In this document: positions 60,519 through 64,000 of the stretch, piece by piece
Position numbering within the stretch: the first letter of the stretch is position 1
How the letters are laid out: each line of letters begins with the position of its first letter
Source: Torpedo marmorata
Lineage: Eukaryota
DNA: 64,000 nt
Direction of reading: 5' to 3'
Assembly: GCA_977017645.1 (NCBI GenBank)
Contig: OZ360222.1
Coordinates: 81,468,001-81,532,000, forward strand
Notes under the pieces: generated by a model
Seen by the model: only the letters and a program-made list of their open reading frames with translations
The model's database searches: none
What the model was told of the DNA's origin: nothing
Program-made: the position numbers and the translations under genes

Positions 60519-63500
60519 AATTCATGAGGGAAGTGACTTTACAGCACTCTGTTAGCCAGAAGGAGCAGGAGTGTTTCCAATAAGATGAACAGTTTTCTAG
60601 TGAACTACTTGTCCTATGCAGCAAGCTGCCATTAAGCCCCAGCACTGGCCATATCCTAAATGCCACCAACAGACACCCAAAACATCATTCACAACTACCT
60701 GCTTACTACAAAATGGTACCTCTCACTATTGTTTTATCCACATTCAACAACAAGATCCGGATCCATTACTTTAAAGTTCTCCCCAAGTGATTGGAATAAA
60801 TTTCTCCACCAGAGAACCAAGATCCTCTCAGAGACTATAAGCTTCTGAAACTTGCTTCCTGCCTGAATTGCCTCTATCCTGTCATTCAAACTATTTGTGG
60901 TTGAAACTTCTTTTAAAGAATCTGTTTCGTATAATTTTGCAGGAAATTTTGGGAAAGCCATTCTTACAGGTTGCATAATCTCACAATTGCTGTACCCTGC
61001 ACATATTTTGCCTCTGGGGTGAAATCCAGTCCAATGCATCACTTTGTCTGCTTAAAGTTAATATATTTGTTTTGTCCTCATCATAATGTTGGAAAAATGA
61101 TTGGCTTCATAGAACTCCGGAATCAAGATATCAACACGTTTTTAATAAGAGCATTTTCCACTTCTCTTTCATTGACATTTACTTATTAATTTGTCAGAAG
61201 CTTTCTGTAATATGCTGCTGGCCTTTAGCATTTCTAGCAGACAAAAAAAAACAACAAAGGAGGAATAAAATAACAAATTCTACCACACACTTTATCATAT
61301 CGGACAAAAGGAAGAATTTTTTATACCATCCAAAGTTGTAAAGTAAGTCCCAGTAGATTTTCTATTGATCAGGTAAGCATTTCCTGAACATGTTGTACTG
61401 TCAGGAGCTAATGGTGATTTTTGTCAAGTGTTGCCTTCTGGGAGCTTGAATACAATTAAGGGGTAAGTGTTGGTGAATATTTTCATACCCTTTGGAGGGT
61501 CTCAAGGGAAGAACTAGCAAGGGACACAAGACATTTCCAGCTGTACTACGTTCTCCACAAGTAGTTTTTTTTTTCCAAAAGATAAAAGCAAACCTGCTTC
61601 TGACTGGCTGCCTTCCAAAACAGTATCCTCATTTGAATGCAGAAATGGAGAATTAATCCCCTCATGCTATTTCCCTGCCTAAAGATATTTTTATATTTCA
61701 TGTCAAATGTGAAGTAAGTTGATTATATCCTTAGAACATTTGTCTTTTGAACTTATGCAGGGTTGAAATCCATTTCCTCATTTCTTTGAATGCCTCATTT
61801 TATTGAAATAGATCCATTACTTTAAAGTTCTTAAATTTTCTCAACTCAGCTTTTGCAGAATAAGCAATTTTGTCAGCCAAAATTTATACTTATTTAAAAA
61901 TAATATTTTGTAATCCTCGTTATTGATCACAACCAGCATAGACCAATAAGAAAATTTAGACTGGGATAGTATCAGTGCATTCTCTCATGACACCAAGCAT
62001 ATATTTTTTTGGAAGCCAACCTCTTAGATTATTTCATTTGGAGTTTGAATGGGAAGGGTGAGAGAGAAGGGGCGTATACTGCACCCATCATATTTTGAAC
62101 CTGATTTTGTAGTTGTTGTAATCACTATCTATTTACCAGATTATAAAAGTCAATTAAATTCTGAATGTATCTTGGTGACAGGTAGACAGAAGGTTCTCCG
62201 ATTCATCCTTATTACTTACATTTATGTAGATTGTCGCTTCTGGTTCATGAACCCATGATAAACAGAGGCTGAGCAGCATTGCAAATAAAAGCTCAAAATT
62301 GCATTTGTATTGATTCCCTGTTAATCTTAAGAGATTTTCTCTCCTGTTAATATCAATATTTTCATTTTTCAAGGCAAGTGGCTAGTATATTTCTCAATGA
62401 TGCAGACTTAATTCACTCATAATCTGCTGTTTTTATATTGATAATTTCCAAAGAAAAAAATGTTTAATGAAAGACTAAAACTTTGAGAATAATGATCTCC
62501 TCCTACTCTTAAATAGACAAAGCAATGCAGTTGACTATGTTTTATAAATGCACTCATTTCTGAGTTTGGATATTCAAAATGCACATTCTGTCTTGAGGTT
62601 AATGATGGATTTTTTTCTCTGGCATTTTTACTGTACTTTAAAAAAAACAGCAATTTTTGTGATGATTTTGTCTTGTCAAATTCAAAATCATCTGAGCCAA
62701 TCCTCAAATAATTTTGATTTAGATCCATATTAGTTACCATAAATACTTTACTCTTCAGTTCTGCTTTTGATATTCAAATTCAAATAAAGCAACTGAAAAC
62801 ATAAGATTGAATTTCAATTGTCAAAGTTATTATATCCAGAAATATGGCTGTTATTAATTGTTATTTTATAATCTACTATTTTACTATTTAAAATATTACT
62901 GTTTAATAATTTTGATTTTAGGAAATGTTCAAATATAAAAATATTGCTGTAGGCATGCCATCTTTAACTGAAGTGCAAAATATCACAAATCTTATAACTT
63001 CAACGCCAGGTATATGTTTACATTCTTTGGCTTTCAACAGCAATATTTATACATAGAAACATGCTGCATACTTGCAGTGACTTATGAAGGCACTCAGAAA
63101 GTATTAACTGGTTTGTGAAAGTGAAGCATCCATATCACTGTCTAAAATATTCATCTCAGCCCACAAGCTCTTTTAACATCTAATTTAGGCTATATTTGGG
63201 TGTTGCTAAAGTGTAGAGATAAGATTAATCATTCACAAGCAAGTGACAGCCATGGCTAAGACCTCCAGTTCTGCATTCCTAGTGTCAAAATGTTGTCACA
63301 AGTCACAAATGGAATGTAGTGATCTTTCAATGGTAGTCTTAACTTAGGCTCTGGTTAAACCCAATGTATGACAGTTTGAAACTAATACTCCCAATTACCT
63401 CTGCAAAAAATAAGAAGGCAATAACTCTTGCCTTGTATTGGTCTAATGGCAACTGCAATGCAGAAAGAATTTTCTCCTAAGATATTTACCTTCACCTACA

Positions 63501-64000
63501 TATTTGGTTTACCACCACGAAAGCAAAGATAATACTCTTGATTTTTTAATGAGAATTGCATAGAGACCTATTTCACTTTTGTTATTTGTTATTATATGCC
63601 TTTTTACTTAGAATTAACTGTAACATAGTCCACATAGTTTCTCAAGTAACCTTTTAAGTGGTCAGGCTTACTAAGTGTAACAATGAGAACGCTGAAAAAG
63701 AGACAAATGGGTCACGGGTTAACATGATATTAATGACTGCAATTCAGTTAAATAGGCTGTCCCAAAAAATATACTTCATTACTTAATACAGCAGTTTGTT
63801 AGAACAGCGAGTCTTCCTTCCTCCTAAAGTATTAACAACTGCGAATGCCTGTGTTGCACTCTTGACATCAGCCCTACTGTAAGTCTCGTGGCATACTCAC
63901 CAGGGATGAGTGGTAGTTGTTGGCATAGCAAACTGTGTTTATGACCTCTTAGCACTCTAGACAGCTGTTAAGACCCTGCCTTTAATAGGCAAGGTTAGCA

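Overview
This is vertebrate genomic DNA, almost certainly from a cartilaginous fish: it carries HE1/V-SINE, CR1, L1, Rex1/Babar and Penelope-type repeats. The one host gene I can support is the 5' part of ESRRG (estrogen-related receptor gamma) on the + strand. It consists of a promoter and 5'UTR (~31.2-31.5 kb), a 56-nt first coding exon (31519-31574), exon 2 (52706-53118, AF-1 and zinc finger 1) and exon 3 (55922-56038, zinc finger 2); the gene continues beyond the window. The rest is upstream or intronic DNA dense in transposons, plus an 11 x 53-bp minisatellite and a 160-N assembly gap. The main highlight is a family of short (~100-250 bp) Penelope-like retroelements carrying minimal hammerhead-ribozyme motifs, with a recurrent non-canonical U3 core and 13-15 bp target-site duplications (TSDs) in two copies. 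Other highlights are a 5S-rRNA-derived SINE just upstream of the ESRRG promoter, a triple-nested CR1>L1>CR1 insertion, several MITEs with long internal hairpins, and candidate alternative exons, uORFs and splice features of ESRRG. Repeat family names come from motif recognition, not from database searches.
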